Shown here one piece after another: positions 63,481 to 64,000 of a DNA stretch of 64,000 bases (position 1 is its first letter; every line of letters begins with the position of its first letter). The position numbers were made by a program, and so were the translations under genes. The DNA comes from Octopus sinensis (taxonomy: Eukaryota): NCBI RefSeq assembly GCF_006345805.1, contig NC_043023.1, positions 1,240,001 to 1,304,000 on the forward strand, read 5' to 3'. The notes under the pieces were generated by a model. It made no database searches. It saw nothing but the letters and a program-made list of their open reading frames with translations, and had not been told where the DNA came from.

Positions 63481-64000
63481 ATCCACATCTCCATGTCTGC
63501 ACTGGTTAGGTGTGTCTTCACCAAACAGCATGTCGTCAACACCCATCATCATCCTGCGAACAACTTTCCCCGCATCTACCTGCAGCATCCTTGGTTTATC
63601 CCCTCTCACATTTCCTGGCATCTAAAACATCTTTAGGCATCTGTCCCCATCTCTACTCATTACATGTCTGTACCGACGCAGTTATCTCCCTTACACATGT
63701 CATCTGATTCCTCTTACACTTAGTTTGTCTCCCAACTCATCTGTATTACCATGGCATTCATTCACACCAGTGGTTTTCAACCAGGGTCTATATGGCCTCT
63801 GAGGCTATAGTAGAAGACACTTACCCAAGGTGCCATGCAGTGGGACTGAACCCAGAACCATGTGGTTGGTAAACAAGCTGCTTACCACACAACCACTCCT
63901 AATCCTACTTACCATACAGCCACTCCTACGCCGCCTCACGGCACTCCTACAATAATTCATCAGTATTTTAAAATAGAGAGTTACTTTTCAATCCCCCTCT

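Overview
AT-rich, microsatellite-saturated animal DNA. The SINE, MITE and mariner families look like those of an Octopus genome (inference from remembered repeat families, not a database match). Almost all of the window is non-coding. I can support only one host exon: 24351-24519 (minus), with clean AG/GT ends, encoding a PGP-x-Y repeat peptide resembling STPG2, so much of the window is probably intronic. The rest is tRNA-derived SINEs, fragments of LINEs (RTE, CR1/L2, HERO-like, R4/Dong-like), Tc1/mariner relics (DD34D, DD37D, DD36E), piggyBac-like MITEs, a Helitron, a 26-bp satellite with higher-order repeats and a divergent 5S rRNA copy. Two signals stand out. First, several unrelated repeats carry minimal type-I hammerhead ribozyme folds: a 4-unit ~320-bp tandem array, a foldback with one hammerhead on each strand, and others. 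These resemble Penelope/retrozyme-type self-cleaving RNAs. Second, 56.6-59.5 kb holds a dense, same-orientation cluster of the palindrome TGGTCA-AAC-TGACC(A), whose core matches the estrogen-response-element consensus. Repeat boundaries were read by eye and are approximate; many further partial SINEs and microsatellites are not listed individually.
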